64,000 bases of DNA from Phormidesmidales cyanobacterium. Lineage in GTDB: Bacteria; Cyanobacteriota; Cyanobacteriia; Phormidesmidales; Phormidesmidaceae. The notes beneath the pieces were generated by a model. The model saw only the letters and a program-made list of their open reading frames with translations. It made no database searches and had not been told where the DNA came from. Each line of letters opens with the position of its first letter. Position 1 is the first letter of the stretch. The DNA lies in NCBI GenBank assembly GCA_038256265.1, contig JBBSKN010000001.1, forward strand, positions 49,533-113,532, in the 5' to 3' direction. Below, piece after piece: positions 49,889 through 59,084 of the stretch. Both the position numbers and the translations under genes were made by a program.

Positions 49889-51334
49889 CTAAGGCCCTAC
49901 CTGAAACTCTGGATAGGCTTCCATAGCGTGCTCGCCCAGGTCTAGCCCCTGGATTTCTTCAGCCTCACTGACCCGAATGCCCACCGTAGCCCGCAAGACC
50001 AGCCAGCACACCAGGCTAAAGGCCACCGTAAACGTCCCCACCGCCAGAATGCCTAGCAGTTGCACCAGCAGCTGCTGAATGCCGCCCCCCATCAACAGCC
50101 CGGCCAGGGGACCGTCCCCCTCGGCATACCAGGGGTAAACCCCTGGGGTAACGCTAAATAGCCCCAGGGCAATGGTGCCCCAGATACCGCATACCAGGTG
50201 GACTGAAACGGCCCCCACGGGGTCGTCAATCTTGAGCGCATCGAGCAGGGTGACCGAAAACACCACGATTACTCCGGCCACCAGGCCGATCAGCGCCGCA
50301 CTGCCCAGGTTGACGTAGGCACAGGAGGCCGTTACGGAGACCAGCCCCGCCAGCACGCCGTTAATAATCATCGACAGGTCGGGCTTGCTCAGGTAAATCC
50401 ACGAGGTGACGGTGGCGGCCAGCCCCCCTAGGGCGGCGGCGATGTTGGTCGTGACCACAATGTGGCTAATGGCAAAGGGGTCGGCGGCCATAGTTGAGCC
50501 TGGGTTAAAGCCAAACCAGCCCAGCCAGAGAATCAGACAGCCCAGGGCCGAAATGCTCAGATTGTGCCCCGGCATCGCCACCGGGCGAGCCTGAAACCGC
50601 CCCCGGCGCGGCCCCAGCAAAACCGCCCCAATTAGCGCTGCCCAGCCGCCCACGGAGTGCACCACCGTAGAGCCAGCAAAGTCGTAGAACCCCAGCCCAG
50701 CCAGCATGCCGCCGCCCCACACCCAATGGCCAGTGACGGGGTAAGAGATCCCCACCAGCAGCAGACTAAAGATAAAGAACGCCAGAAACTTAATGCGTTC
50801 AGCCACCGCCCCCGACACAATGGTGGCGGCGGTGCCAGCAAAGGCGAGCTGAAAGAAAAACTTGGCCTCCAGCGGCACCCCCGCCCAGTTGAGGGCGCTA
50901 AAGCTGCCCTGGTAGGTGTCACCCGTGGCGGGGCTGTTGTCAGCCGCTTGCAGCAAAAAGCCCGAAAAGCCAAACAGCGGGTTGCCGTCGCCAAACATGA
51001 GGCCAAAGCCCACCACCCAAAAAGCCAGGGTAGAAAGACCAAATACAATCAGATTTTTGGCCAGCAGGTTGACGGCGTTTTTGCTGCGGCAAAATCCGGT
51101 TTCTAGCATGCAAAACCCGGCATTCATAAAGAACACCAGAAACCCGGCTACCAGCACCCACACCGTATCTAGGGCCACCTGGAGATCGGCGGTGTCAGCC
51201 CCCTGGGCCAGGGCCGCAGGGCAAAGCAGGGCCAGAATACCGAGGCTGACCCAAGGAATGTAGCGCCAGCGCCCCCCCGGCTGACTGAGGGGGTGCCATC
51301 GCTGGCTAACGGCGCTTGTTTTTTGCTGCAACAT
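49889..51334 (-). CDS. amt: Ammonium transporter
   Basis: [44 protein letters not shown]; probable start ATG 51334. Confidence 0.96.
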   Translation of the reverse strand: MLQQKTSAVSQRWHPLSQPGGRWRYIPWVSLGILALLCPAALAQGADTADLQVALDTVWVLVAGFLVFFMNAGFCMLETGFCRSKNAVNLLAKNLIVFGLSTLAFWVVGFGLMFGDGNPLFGFSGFLLQAADNSPATGDTYQGSFSALNWAGVPLEAKFFFQLAFAGTAATIVSGAVAERIKFLAFFIFSLLLVGISYPVTGHWVWGGGMLAGLGFYDFAGSTVVHSVGGWAALIGAVLLGPRRGRFQARPVAMPGHNLSISALGCLILWLGWFGFNPGSTMAADPFAISHIVVTTNIAAALGGLAATVTSWIYLSKPDLSMIINGVLAGLVSVTASCAYVNLGSAALIGLVAGVIVVFSVTLLDALKIDDPVGAVSVHLVCGIWGTIALGLFSVTPGVYPWYAEGDGPLAGLLMGGGIQQLLVQLLGILAVGTFTVAFSLVCWLVLRATVGIRVSEAEEIQGLDLGEHAMEAYPEFQVGP

Positions 51335-51781
51335 AACGACCACACGGCTCCAATGGACTCTCTTTATAAGCCCATAGGTTGCCACGAAATACCGTTCATG
51401 GTGCAAGTTTTTATACCGCCTGGTGGTGAGTCAAGGGCGATGCCGTCCGAGTGGGCTTTAGAATCTGCAACGATACACGTAAAGCCACGGCAGCTACCTA
51501 CCGGCAAAAATTGGATACGCGCAGGTCATATTCTCTGTCGTTTGTATAAAATTTCAGCAAATCTACGTATAAACCCTGGCTTTTCACGGAGGGAAGTAAT
51601 AAAACTGGCTCAAGTGCGCCGTTCCGATTCCGACAGCTACACCTTTTTGGGTAAGTACCCAGGTTTAAATGAATGGCACGCGTTTACTAGGACTACTCTG
51701 CCATCTTGCATCTGCCAATTACCGCACTTCCGGGCAAACTCTACCAGTTTTGTTCACCTTTTTTTCAAGTTAGTGAGTTTT

Positions 51782-52483
51782 ATGGCAATGTTTACTTTTT
51801 CTATCTCTAAGCCCTCGGTTTCCGCCGGGGTTGCGCTCAAAAGTCTCTCGGTTGCAGCGATCGCCACTCTGAGCACACTTGTTGCCCCTGGTGCCCAAGC
51901 CGCCACTATCAGCGGCCAAGTCAGCGGTATCTGGAATAATAATTATACCAGTGGCGGCTTAAATGGAGGGGATGCCTTTACCGCCGATTACACCTACGAC
52001 AGCGACAGCATTACGACCACCGATTACTCTTATTATGGTTATGATCGCTACCTGTATAGCGTTGCGCCACTGCTTAGTCTGGTGTTCAAGTCGGGGGCCA
52101 TCACCCATGTCTTTGATAATCTAGACAATAATGACGCTATCTCCTGGTGGGACATCGACTCAGATTTTGACTCTAATACGGACTATGAGCTCAAGCAAAC
52201 CGGTGTCTCCGCCTCTGAGTCCTTAAACTCTGTATGGAGTTCCTTCTACAGCTACGTCTACGATCAGAACTACTACGGCACTCCGGGTTCTGGCTCCAAC
52301 GCCAGGGCTTCCCAGTATGACTCCTCCTATAGGTATTCATACTATGGATATACGAACTCTGGTGTATCGATCTCTGACACCACAGCGGTGCCTACCCCGG
52401 CCCTACTGCCTGGCTTAATTGGCATGGGGGTTGGTGTGCTGCGTCGGCGTAAGCAGGCCAAGGCTGAGACAGTTGCTGTGTAA
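51782..52483 (+). CDS. PTPA-CTERM sorting domain surface protein
   Basis: Signal peptide (AQA-A), Tyr/Ser/Asp-rich body, C-terminal VPTPALLPGLIGMGVGVLRRRK. Confidence 0.9.
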   Translation: MAMFTFSISKPSVSAGVALKSLSVAAIATLSTLVAPGAQAATISGQVSGIWNNNYTSGGLNGGDAFTADYTYDSDSITTTDYSYYGYDRYLYSVAPLLSLVFKSGAITHVFDNLDNNDAISWWDIDSDFDSNTDYELKQTGVSASESLNSVWSSFYSYVYDQNYYGTPGSGSNARASQYDSSYRYSYYGYTNSGVSISDTTAVPTPALLPGLIGMGVGVLRRRKQAKAETVAV

Positions 52484-52507
52484 CTTTAGCAATCGGTGCA
52501 TCGGTAT

Positions 52508-52571
52508 CTAGAAACCGGGTTTTTAAGCCGCAGCCATAGCCTGCTACAAAGCCATCAAAAACTCGGTTTCT
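52508..52571. repeat. AGAAACCGGGTTT-type inverted-repeat element
   Basis: AGAAACCGGGTTTTT ... AAAAACTCGGTTTCT. Confidence 0.65.
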
Positions 52572-52601
52572 TGGATCATCAACCCGCATATAGGCAACAT
52601 A

Positions 52602-53171
52602 TCAGCTTTTTGGAGAGAGCACCTTAATCACAGTAAGCCTTAGATCTGGAAACTGGGGCGATTGTAACACTGCTTCCCCCTGTAGCTCTTGGACTTCATA
52701 TAGCCCATCTACCAGGGTCAGTACCGTTACCTTCGCCCCTGCCGGGTCTACAATCCAATATTCAGCCACCCCCCGCGCCGCATACTCAGAGCGCTTGTAG
52801 CGATAGTCGCGATCTTCGTTGGTTTTGCCAGGAGAAACCACCTCCACCACCAGCAGCGGGGCTGGCATGTCTTCGGTAATGGTGCTGCGGGAGCTACCGT
52901 CCAAAGCGGTCACTAGCGCTTCGCTAAGCACCATGAAATCTGGAATCCGCACACGTCCAGCAACGATGAGTTCAGTTTTGCCCTGCCGCACTTGCTCGAA
53001 GGGCAGAACCTTGAAGAATTGAGCAACTAAATAGCCGCCAATAACTACATTTTCTTCGCTCTCTGGCGGCATCTCCACAATCTCCCCATCCACAAATTCG
53101 CAAAGGGCATTTGAGTCTGTTTCCAGACTCAGAAAATCCGCTAAAGAAAGCTTAGTGGCAACCATCAACAA
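52602..53171 (-). CDS. Uma2 family endonuclease-fold protein
   Basis: EFVDGEIVEMPP, IPDFMV, LVVEVVSPG, YKRSEYAARGVAEYWIVDP. Confidence 0.92.
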   Translation of the reverse strand: MLMVATKLSLADFLSLETDSNALCEFVDGEIVEMPPESEENVVIGGYLVAQFFKVLPFEQVRQGKTELIVAGRVRIPDFMVLSEALVTALDGSSRSTITEDMPAPLLVVEVVSPGKTNEDRDYRYKRSEYAARGVAEYWIVDPAGAKVTVLTLVDGLYEVQELQGEAVLQSPQFPDLRLTVIKVLSPKS

Positions 53172-53183
53172 CCCTAGGCAACC

Positions 53184-53204
53184 GTAGGGTGGGCACCGCC
53201 CACC
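53184..53204 (+). repeat. GTAG-type REP-like palindrome
   Basis: GTAGGGTGGGCACCGCCCACC. Confidence 0.75.
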
Positions 53205-53243
53205 AGTAGGAGATTAATTTGTGACCCATCCCCAACTCCAATT

Positions 53244-55037
53244 CTACTCGTCCACCTCGGGGTCGTAGGTAGAGGCGATCGCCAGCTCTTTCAACTGAGC
53301 CTCGTCCACCCCAGAGGGAGCCTGGGTGAGCAGACAGCGGGCCTGCTGGGTCTTGGGGAAGGCGATCGCATCCCTGATCGACTCCTCGCCCGCCAGCAGC
53401 ATGACGATGCGGTCTAGCCCGTAGGCAATGCCGCCGTGGGGCGGGGTGCCGTACTCAAAGGCCTCGATCAAAAAGCCAAACTTGTCGTTGGCTTCTTCTG
53501 TAGACAGGCCAATGGTTTCAAACACCTGGCTCTGCACCTCGGGCTGGTAGATCCGCAGGCTGCCGCCGCCGATCTCATAGCCGTTGAGCACGATGTCGTA
53601 GGCGATCGCTCGGGCTGTCTTGAGGTCGTCCACATCTTCAGGGTTAGGCGCGGTGAAAGGGTGGTGCAGGGCTTCGAGGCGCTGCTGGTCGGCGTTCCAC
53701 TCAAACATGGGGAAATCGGTGACCCACAGCAGGTTGAAGGTGCCTTCGGGGATTAGATCCATTTCTTTGGCGATCGCCTGGCGCACCCGATCCAGCGTGG
53801 CGTTAACAATGTCGGTCGGCCCCGCCCCAAACAGCAGCAGGGTACCCTCGGTGGCGTTGGTGCGGCGCAGCAGTTCTGCCATTTGATCGGGGCCGAGGTT
53901 GTCTTTGATCGCCCCAATCGTATCCACCGCGCCATCGGCTCTAACCCGCACGTAGGCCAAACCCTTGGCTCCGGCCTCCGCCGCGATTTTGAATACGTCG
54001 CCGCCGGGCTTGATCCGCACGTTGGAGATCTGGTCGTTGCCGTTGGGGATGGGCAGCACCTTGACGATGCCGCCGTCGGCCACCGCACCGGAAAACACCT
54101 TAAAGCCGCAGTCGCGTACCAGGTCAGACGCATCCACCAGCTCTAGACCGTAGCGAGTGTCGGGCTTGTCGCTGCCGTAGCGATCCATCGCCTCGGCGTA
54201 GGTCAGCCGAGGGAAGGGGCGGGGAATCTCAACGCCCTTCACTTCTTTGAAAATGTGGGCCACCAGAGCTTCGTTCAGAGCCAGGATCTCGTCCTGGGTC
54301 ATGAAGCTCATTTCCATGTCGAGCTGGGTGAACTCGGGCTGGCGATCGGCCCGCAAATCCTCGTCGCGGAAGCAGCGGGCGATCTGGTAGTAGCGATCAA
54401 CCCCCGACACCATCAGCAACTGCTTAAACAGCTGGGGCGACTGGGGCAGGGCGTAAAACTCACTAGGGTTGACCCGCGACGGCACCAGGTAATCGCGTGC
54501 CCCCTCAGGGGTGGAGCGGGTGAGAATGGGGGTTTCGACTTCGTAGAAGCCCTCCTGGTCTTCGAGAAAGCGGCGAATGGCTTTGGTGACTTCGTGGCGA
54601 ATGCGCAGGTTTTGGGCCATGCGATCGCGCCGCAGATCCAAATACCGATAGCGCAGCCGTAGGTCTTCCCGCACGGTTTCTGAATCGGCGGTAGACACTT
54701 GGAACGGCAGCGGCTTGCGGACCGCGTTCAGTAGCTGAATGGTGTCGGCGTAGATTTCCACTTCCCCAGTGGGCAGCTTGGGGTTGATGGCACCCTCCTG
54801 GCGCTGGCTCACCCGGCCCTGAATTTTGACCACGTACTCGTTGCGCAGCGGGTCGGCCTGGGGATAGGAGGCGGGGGTACGCTCGGGGTCGCTGACGATT
54901 TGGATGACACCAGTGCGATCGCGCAGGTCGATAAAAATTACCCCACCGTGGTCGCGGCGGCGATCAACCCAGCCGAAGAGGGTAACGGTGCTGCCAATGT
55001 CGCTGGCCCGCAGGGTGCCGCAGTAGTGGGTGCGCAT
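53244..55037 (-). CDS. aspS: Aspartyl-tRNA synthetase
   Basis: [54 protein letters not shown]. Confidence 0.98.
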   Translation of the reverse strand: MRTHYCGTLRASDIGSTVTLFGWVDRRRDHGGVIFIDLRDRTGVIQIVSDPERTPASYPQADPLRNEYVVKIQGRVSQRQEGAINPKLPTGEVEIYADTIQLLNAVRKPLPFQVSTADSETVREDLRLRYRYLDLRRDRMAQNLRIRHEVTKAIRRFLEDQEGFYEVETPILTRSTPEGARDYLVPSRVNPSEFYALPQSPQLFKQLLMVSGVDRYYQIARCFRDEDLRADRQPEFTQLDMEMSFMTQDEILALNEALVAHIFKEVKGVEIPRPFPRLTYAEAMDRYGSDKPDTRYGLELVDASDLVRDCGFKVFSGAVADGGIVKVLPIPNGNDQISNVRIKPGGDVFKIAAEAGAKGLAYVRVRADGAVDTIGAIKDNLGPDQMAELLRRTNATEGTLLLFGAGPTDIVNATLDRVRQAIAKEMDLIPEGTFNLLWVTDFPMFEWNADQQRLEALHHPFTAPNPEDVDDLKTARAIAYDIVLNGYEIGGGSLRIYQPEVQSQVFETIGLSTEEANDKFGFLIEAFEYGTPPHGGIAYGLDRIVMLLAGEESIRDAIAFPKTQQARCLLTQAPSGVDEAQLKELAIASTYDPEVDE

Positions 55038-55186
55038 AGTGAACTGCTTGTAATTTCAAATTTCAAAACCTTCCCATTATCTAGGATAGTGGGTGAGCTG
55101 GAAACGAAATTTTTGAGAGCCGCGATCCCAAGGATGTTTGTCAGGGAATGGTTGCCTGAGGGTGAGGCACGCGCGGATAGGCGAGG

Positions 55187-55257
55187 GATCCCCCCCCTGC
55201 CCCTCTTACCAAGAGGGGTACATGATGGGTCTGATACCGCGTGGAGTTGGGGGGATC
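55187..55257. repeat. CCCC/GGGG nested inverted-repeat element
   Basis: GATCCCCCC...GGGGGGATC ends with internal hairpin CCCCTCTT-ACC-AAGAGGGG. Confidence 0.6.
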
Positions 55258-55301
55258 AAACCTGGTACAGCAAAATTCCTATCGTTATTGGGTACTTCGT
55301 T

Positions 55302-56087
55302 ATGGTGCAGATTCACTGCGGACAGCATCTCATCGCGGATGTAGAGGCGATTGTCTTTGATAAGGACGGCACCCTGGCCAACTCCCATCGGCTGCTGCAC
55401 CATACGGCGATCGCCCGCGCCGAGGCCTGCGCGGCGGCAGTGGGGGCCGGGGATACACTGGTTCGCACTCTGCTGGACTGCTTTGGGGTGACGGCCAGCG
55501 GCATTGACCCCGATGGGCTGATGGCGGCGGGCACCCGCGAGGCCAATCGGCAGGGGGCCGTAGCCGTGCTGGTGCAGGCGGGTTATCCCGCCGAGAAAGC
55601 CAAGGATCTGGTGGCAGAATGCTTTGCGGCGGTGAATGCAGCGCGCAACGGCAAGGCGGCCCAGACCCCGCCCTTTGCCGGCACAGCGGCCATGCTAAAA
55701 CGGCTGCATCAAAGCCCGCTTAAAATCGGGGTGCTGTCGTCCGATAGCCCGGCCTACGTAGAGGAATTTCTCAGCTACTACGACCTGATGCCCTGGGTGC
55801 ATGGGTGGCAGGGTACGGGGCCAGCCGATCGGCCCAAGCCAGATCCAACTCTGTTGAGAGGGCTGTGCGATCGCCTCCAGGTCTCCGTGGCGCACACCCT
55901 GATCGTGGGCGACAGCTGGGCCGACTTTGCCCTAGCGGAGCAGGCCGAGGCGGCGGGGTTTATTTCGGTATCAGAACCCTGGGGGCGATCGCCCGTCGCA
56001 GGCGCTAGCCTGGTACTGAGCCATTGGGATGACCTAGCGGTGCAGATATCTAGTTCCTCAAATTTAGAAATTTTCACAAGTCCTTGA
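55302..56087 (+). CDS. HAD family hydrolase
   Basis: FDKDGTL, LSSD, KPDP, VGDSWAD; start ATG 55302. Confidence 0.9.
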   Translation: MVQIHCGQHLIADVEAIVFDKDGTLANSHRLLHHTAIARAEACAAAVGAGDTLVRTLLDCFGVTASGIDPDGLMAAGTREANRQGAVAVLVQAGYPAEKAKDLVAECFAAVNAARNGKAAQTPPFAGTAAMLKRLHQSPLKIGVLSSDSPAYVEEFLSYYDLMPWVHGWQGTGPADRPKPDPTLLRGLCDRLQVSVAHTLIVGDSWADFALAEQAEAAGFISVSEPWGRSPVAGASLVLSHWDDLAVQISSSSNLEIFTSP

Positions 56088-56111
56088 CCCGGCAAAACGG
56101 AGGCAAACGCG

Positions 56112-56720
56112 ATGGTGTCGTGGGTTTTAAAGGAGTGGCAGGTGGCTATCACCGCCCTGCTGCAAGGGGAAACCATTCTGCTGCTGCGCAAGGGCGGCAT
56201 TCGTGAGCCTAAGGGCCAATTCTCGTTGGCGGCGCGGCAGGTGCTGCTGCTGCCCACGCTAGAGCACCAAAAAACCGATCTAGATCTAATAGATGAATTT
56301 CGGGCCTTGCTTGCAGAAGCCTCGTATACCGAAGCATGTGCCGCTGCCGCTGACCAAGTGCGCTTTGAGGGCTGGGCCACGATCACCCACGCCCTCCCCA
56401 TCACCGCCGCAGCAGAGGTCGCTGCCCTGCTGCCCCACCTGGTGTGGAATGAGCAATTTGTGAAAGAGCGGCTGAGCTGGCAGCCCGATCGCCCCCTCTA
56501 CGGGCTGCTGCTGCGGGCACATCGGCTAGAGTCGCCGCTGGTGCTGCACCGTCACGCGGGCTACAGCGGCTGCCGCTCTTGGGTCGAAATTGGCGAATCT
56601 GTGGCCGTAGACAACAGCACTCCAGCTCTGGCAGAGGCTGCTTACACCGACCAGGTCAATGCTATTTTGGCGGCACTGCCTTCGGTAACACCGATCATGC
56701 CGCTAACTGCCGGAGGATAG
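56112..56720 (+). CDS. DUF1802 family protein
   Basis: LKEWQVAITALLQGETILLLRKGGIRE...YSGCRSWV. Confidence 0.85.
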   Translation: MVSWVLKEWQVAITALLQGETILLLRKGGIREPKGQFSLAARQVLLLPTLEHQKTDLDLIDEFRALLAEASYTEACAAAADQVRFEGWATITHALPITAAAEVAALLPHLVWNEQFVKERLSWQPDRPLYGLLLRAHRLESPLVLHRHAGYSGCRSWVEIGESVAVDNSTPALAEAAYTDQVNAILAALPSVTPIMPLTAGG

Positions 56721-57149
56721 TGACTTTGGTTCTTCGACCACGACGGCCTCGGAGCTGTCGGCAAACACGCTTTCAGAAACCACCCGGTTGGTCACTTCGT
56801 CTAGGTAGCTGCGTAGGGTGGCATCGAGTTCTTCAAACTCGGGCCAGAGGGTTTCGTCTACAAAGGTGCAGGGCACCTTGGCCATGACGGTGGTGTAACG
56901 CTGGCGATAGTAGCGGTAGGGCTTGATGCCGTAGCGACGCAGCAGGGCGACGAATAGCTTGCGCGACCACATATCGTTAAGGGTAAACCGATACTCAACG
57001 GGGGGATCGGCCTGTTGGGCATCTTCTAGACGCTGGCGAATACGGGCGATCGCCTGCGCAGAGGCTTCTTTTTCACCGGGGGTGGTGGCCCCTGAGTGGA
57101 GCCGCTCAATGCGCTGGAGCTTTTGGATCAGCTGTTGTTCGTCAATCAC
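56703..57149 (-). CDS. Conserved hypothetical protein
   Basis: KLQRIERLHSGATTPGE...WSRKLFVALLRRYGIKPYRYYRQRYTT; probable GTG start 57149. Confidence 0.75.
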   Translation of the reverse strand: MIDEQQLIQKLQRIERLHSGATTPGEKEASAQAIARIRQRLEDAQQADPPVEYRFTLNDMWSRKLFVALLRRYGIKPYRYYRQRYTTVMAKVPCTFVDETLWPEFEELDATLRSYLDEVTNRVVSESVFADSSEAVVVEEPKSLSSGS

Positions 57150-57330
57150 AGGCGCAAGGGGGTGATGTGGAGGTGTGATGGTCAAAGACCAGCCCAACGG
57201 GCGATCGCGGTCTACCTAGCCTTAGCCCTAGGCTACACACCCCTGCGATGGGCCGCAAGAGAAGAAAAGCTAAAATTCTGATTGACTTTCAAGACAATCG
57301 CTACGGTCACCCACCTACCTATCCACTCCC

Positions 57331-58053
57331 CTACTCATCCCCTTCAGCCACCCACCGCCCATACAGATCAGGCCGCCGCTCTCGGGTGCGCTCGAGCTGC
57401 TGCTCACGCCGCCACTGGGCGATCGCCTGATGATTGCCCGACAGCAGCACCTCGGGCACCTCCCAGCCGCGAAAGCTGGCCGGGCGAGTGTACTGGGGGT
57501 AGTCGAGCAGCGGCGTCTCAAAGCTCTCGAAGCGCAGGGAGTCGGTTTTGCCTACGGTGCCGGGCAGCAGCCGCACCACGCCGTTGATCAGCGTCAGCGC
57601 CGGAATCTCACCGCAGGTGAGCACAAAGTCGCCCAGGGAGACCTCCCTTGTCAGCAGATGGCTGACTCGCTCATCGACGCCTTCGTAGTGGCCGCAGATT
57701 AGCACCAGTTGGTCGCAGGTCGCGAGTTCTCGAAATAACCCCTGGGTCATGGTTTCGCCCTGGGGGGTAAGCAAGATCACCTCGCGCCGGGGCAGCACCG
57801 GCAGAGATTCTACCGCCGCAAAGATGGGGTCAGGCTTCATTAGCATGCCGACCCCGCCGCCGTAGGGTTCGTCGTCTACTCGGCGGTGCTTGTCCGTTGT
57901 AAAGTCCCGTGGATTGGTAAGATAGATTGCTGCAATTTGGCGCGCCAGAGCTTTACCAATCAGCCCTGACTCCAGGGGTGAGGTAAAAAAGTCTGGGAAC
58001 AGGCTGACAACATCTACTCTCAGATGAGAAGCCCCCGAAATGCCAGTTGTCAT
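57331..58053 (-). CDS. trmD: tRNA (guanine37-N1)-methyltransferase
   Basis: VDDEPYGGGVGMLMK, CGHYEGVDER, SLGDFVLTCGE, YTRP, LLSGNH. Confidence 0.97.
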   Translation of the reverse strand: MTTGISGASHLRVDVVSLFPDFFTSPLESGLIGKALARQIAAIYLTNPRDFTTDKHRRVDDEPYGGGVGMLMKPDPIFAAVESLPVLPRREVILLTPQGETMTQGLFRELATCDQLVLICGHYEGVDERVSHLLTREVSLGDFVLTCGEIPALTLINGVVRLLPGTVGKTDSLRFESFETPLLDYPQYTRPASFRGWEVPEVLLSGNHQAIAQWRREQQLERTRERRPDLYGRWVAEGDE

Positions 58054-58093
58054 AACCTAGACTGCTGAGGCCCGAAGACCTGGTGGGTTGAGT

Positions 58094-58164
58094 AAACGTC
58101 ATCCAGGTCCAGAAGTGGAGTTCTGCCGGTCGTAAAGCTACAGATCTCAAGCTGGACTTGGTAT
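58094..58164. promoter_or_regulatory. Dispersed ~70-nt palindromic intergenic element, copy D
   Basis: AAACGTCATCCAGGTCCAG-39 nt-CTGGACTTGGTAT between divergent trmD and cphB. Confidence 0.8.
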
Positions 58165-58230
58165 ATAACGCTCTCTATCATGCAGTAATCGAGTCTAGGT
58201 AGCAATTCTCGTCCCTTTGTAGAGCGGCCC

Positions 58231-59046
58231 ATGTCTTCCGTTAAGCACCACGCTATTCTGGCCATCGGCGGCGCAGAAGATAAAGTCCACGGCAAAGAAA
58301 TTTTGCACGCCTTTTTTGAGCGCTCTGGGGGGACGGCGGCCCGCATTGGCATTATTCCCTGCGCGTCGCGGGATCCGGAGGCGATTTCGGCCCGTTACAA
58401 GCAGATTTTTGCCGAGATGGGTGCCCCCGAGACGGTGGTGATGGATATTCGCGATCGCACCCAGGGCGAAGACCCCAACTGGAAGACGGTCGTCGAACCC
58501 TGCACCGGAGTATTTATCACCGGCGGTGACCAGGTGCGCCTGTGCGGGCTGCTGGCCGACACCCCTTTAATTGATCTGGTTCGCCAGCGGGCGCAGCTGG
58601 GCGAGATCACCCTGGCGGGCACCAGCGCCGGGGCCGCCGTCATGGGCCACCACATGATTGCCGGCGGCGGCAGCGGCGAGTCGCCCAACCGCTCGCTGGT
58701 GGATATGGCCATTGGCCTCGGTTTTGTGCCCGAGGTGGTGGTCGATCAGCACTTTCACAACCGCAACCGCATGGCTCGGTTGCTGAGCGCCATGGCCATG
58801 CAGCCCAACCGCCTCGGTCTGGGCATTGACGAAGACACCTGCGCCCTGTTCGAAGGCGACGGTAGCTTTCAGGTGATCGGCAAGGGCGTGATTGCCGTGG
58901 TCGACCCGGGCCCCATGACCCACACCAACGAGCCAGATATCACCGCCGCCGATCCCCTCAGCATTCACGGGCTGCACCTGCATTTGCTAGCCCACGGCGA
59001 TCGCTTCGACATCAACCAGCGCAAGGCGCTCTCCCCTGCTCGCTAG
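58231..59046 (+). CDS. cphB: Cyanophycinase
   Basis: IGGAEDK, FITGGDQ, GTSAGA (catalytic Ser), DQHFHNRNRMARL, GIDEDT. Confidence 0.95.
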   Translation: MSSVKHHAILAIGGAEDKVHGKEILHAFFERSGGTAARIGIIPCASRDPEAISARYKQIFAEMGAPETVVMDIRDRTQGEDPNWKTVVEPCTGVFITGGDQVRLCGLLADTPLIDLVRQRAQLGEITLAGTSAGAAVMGHHMIAGGGSGESPNRSLVDMAIGLGFVPEVVVDQHFHNRNRMARLLSAMAMQPNRLGLGIDEDTCALFEGDGSFQVIGKGVIAVVDPGPMTHTNEPDITAADPLSIHGLHLHLLAHGDRFDINQRKALSPAR

Positions 59047-59084
59047 CGGCAGCGTTCTGCCCCGCTAATTTTCCTCAATTAACC

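Noticed and set aside
51335-51781. NtcA site upstream of amt
   Set aside because: Expected from known biology, but I found no canonical GTA-N8-TAC by eye.
51293-51781. Long N-terminal extension of ORF 51293..52483
   Set aside because: It overlaps the amt start, and the signal peptide begins at ATG 51782.
54900-55301. N-terminal extension of the HAD ORF
   Set aside because: It overlaps aspS antisense and crosses a repeat element; the HAD motif starts just after ATG 55302.
57248-57430. Small ORF MGRKRRKAKIL...
   Set aside because: It runs into CCAC/CCAT repeats and overlaps the trmD 3' end; no recognisable motif.
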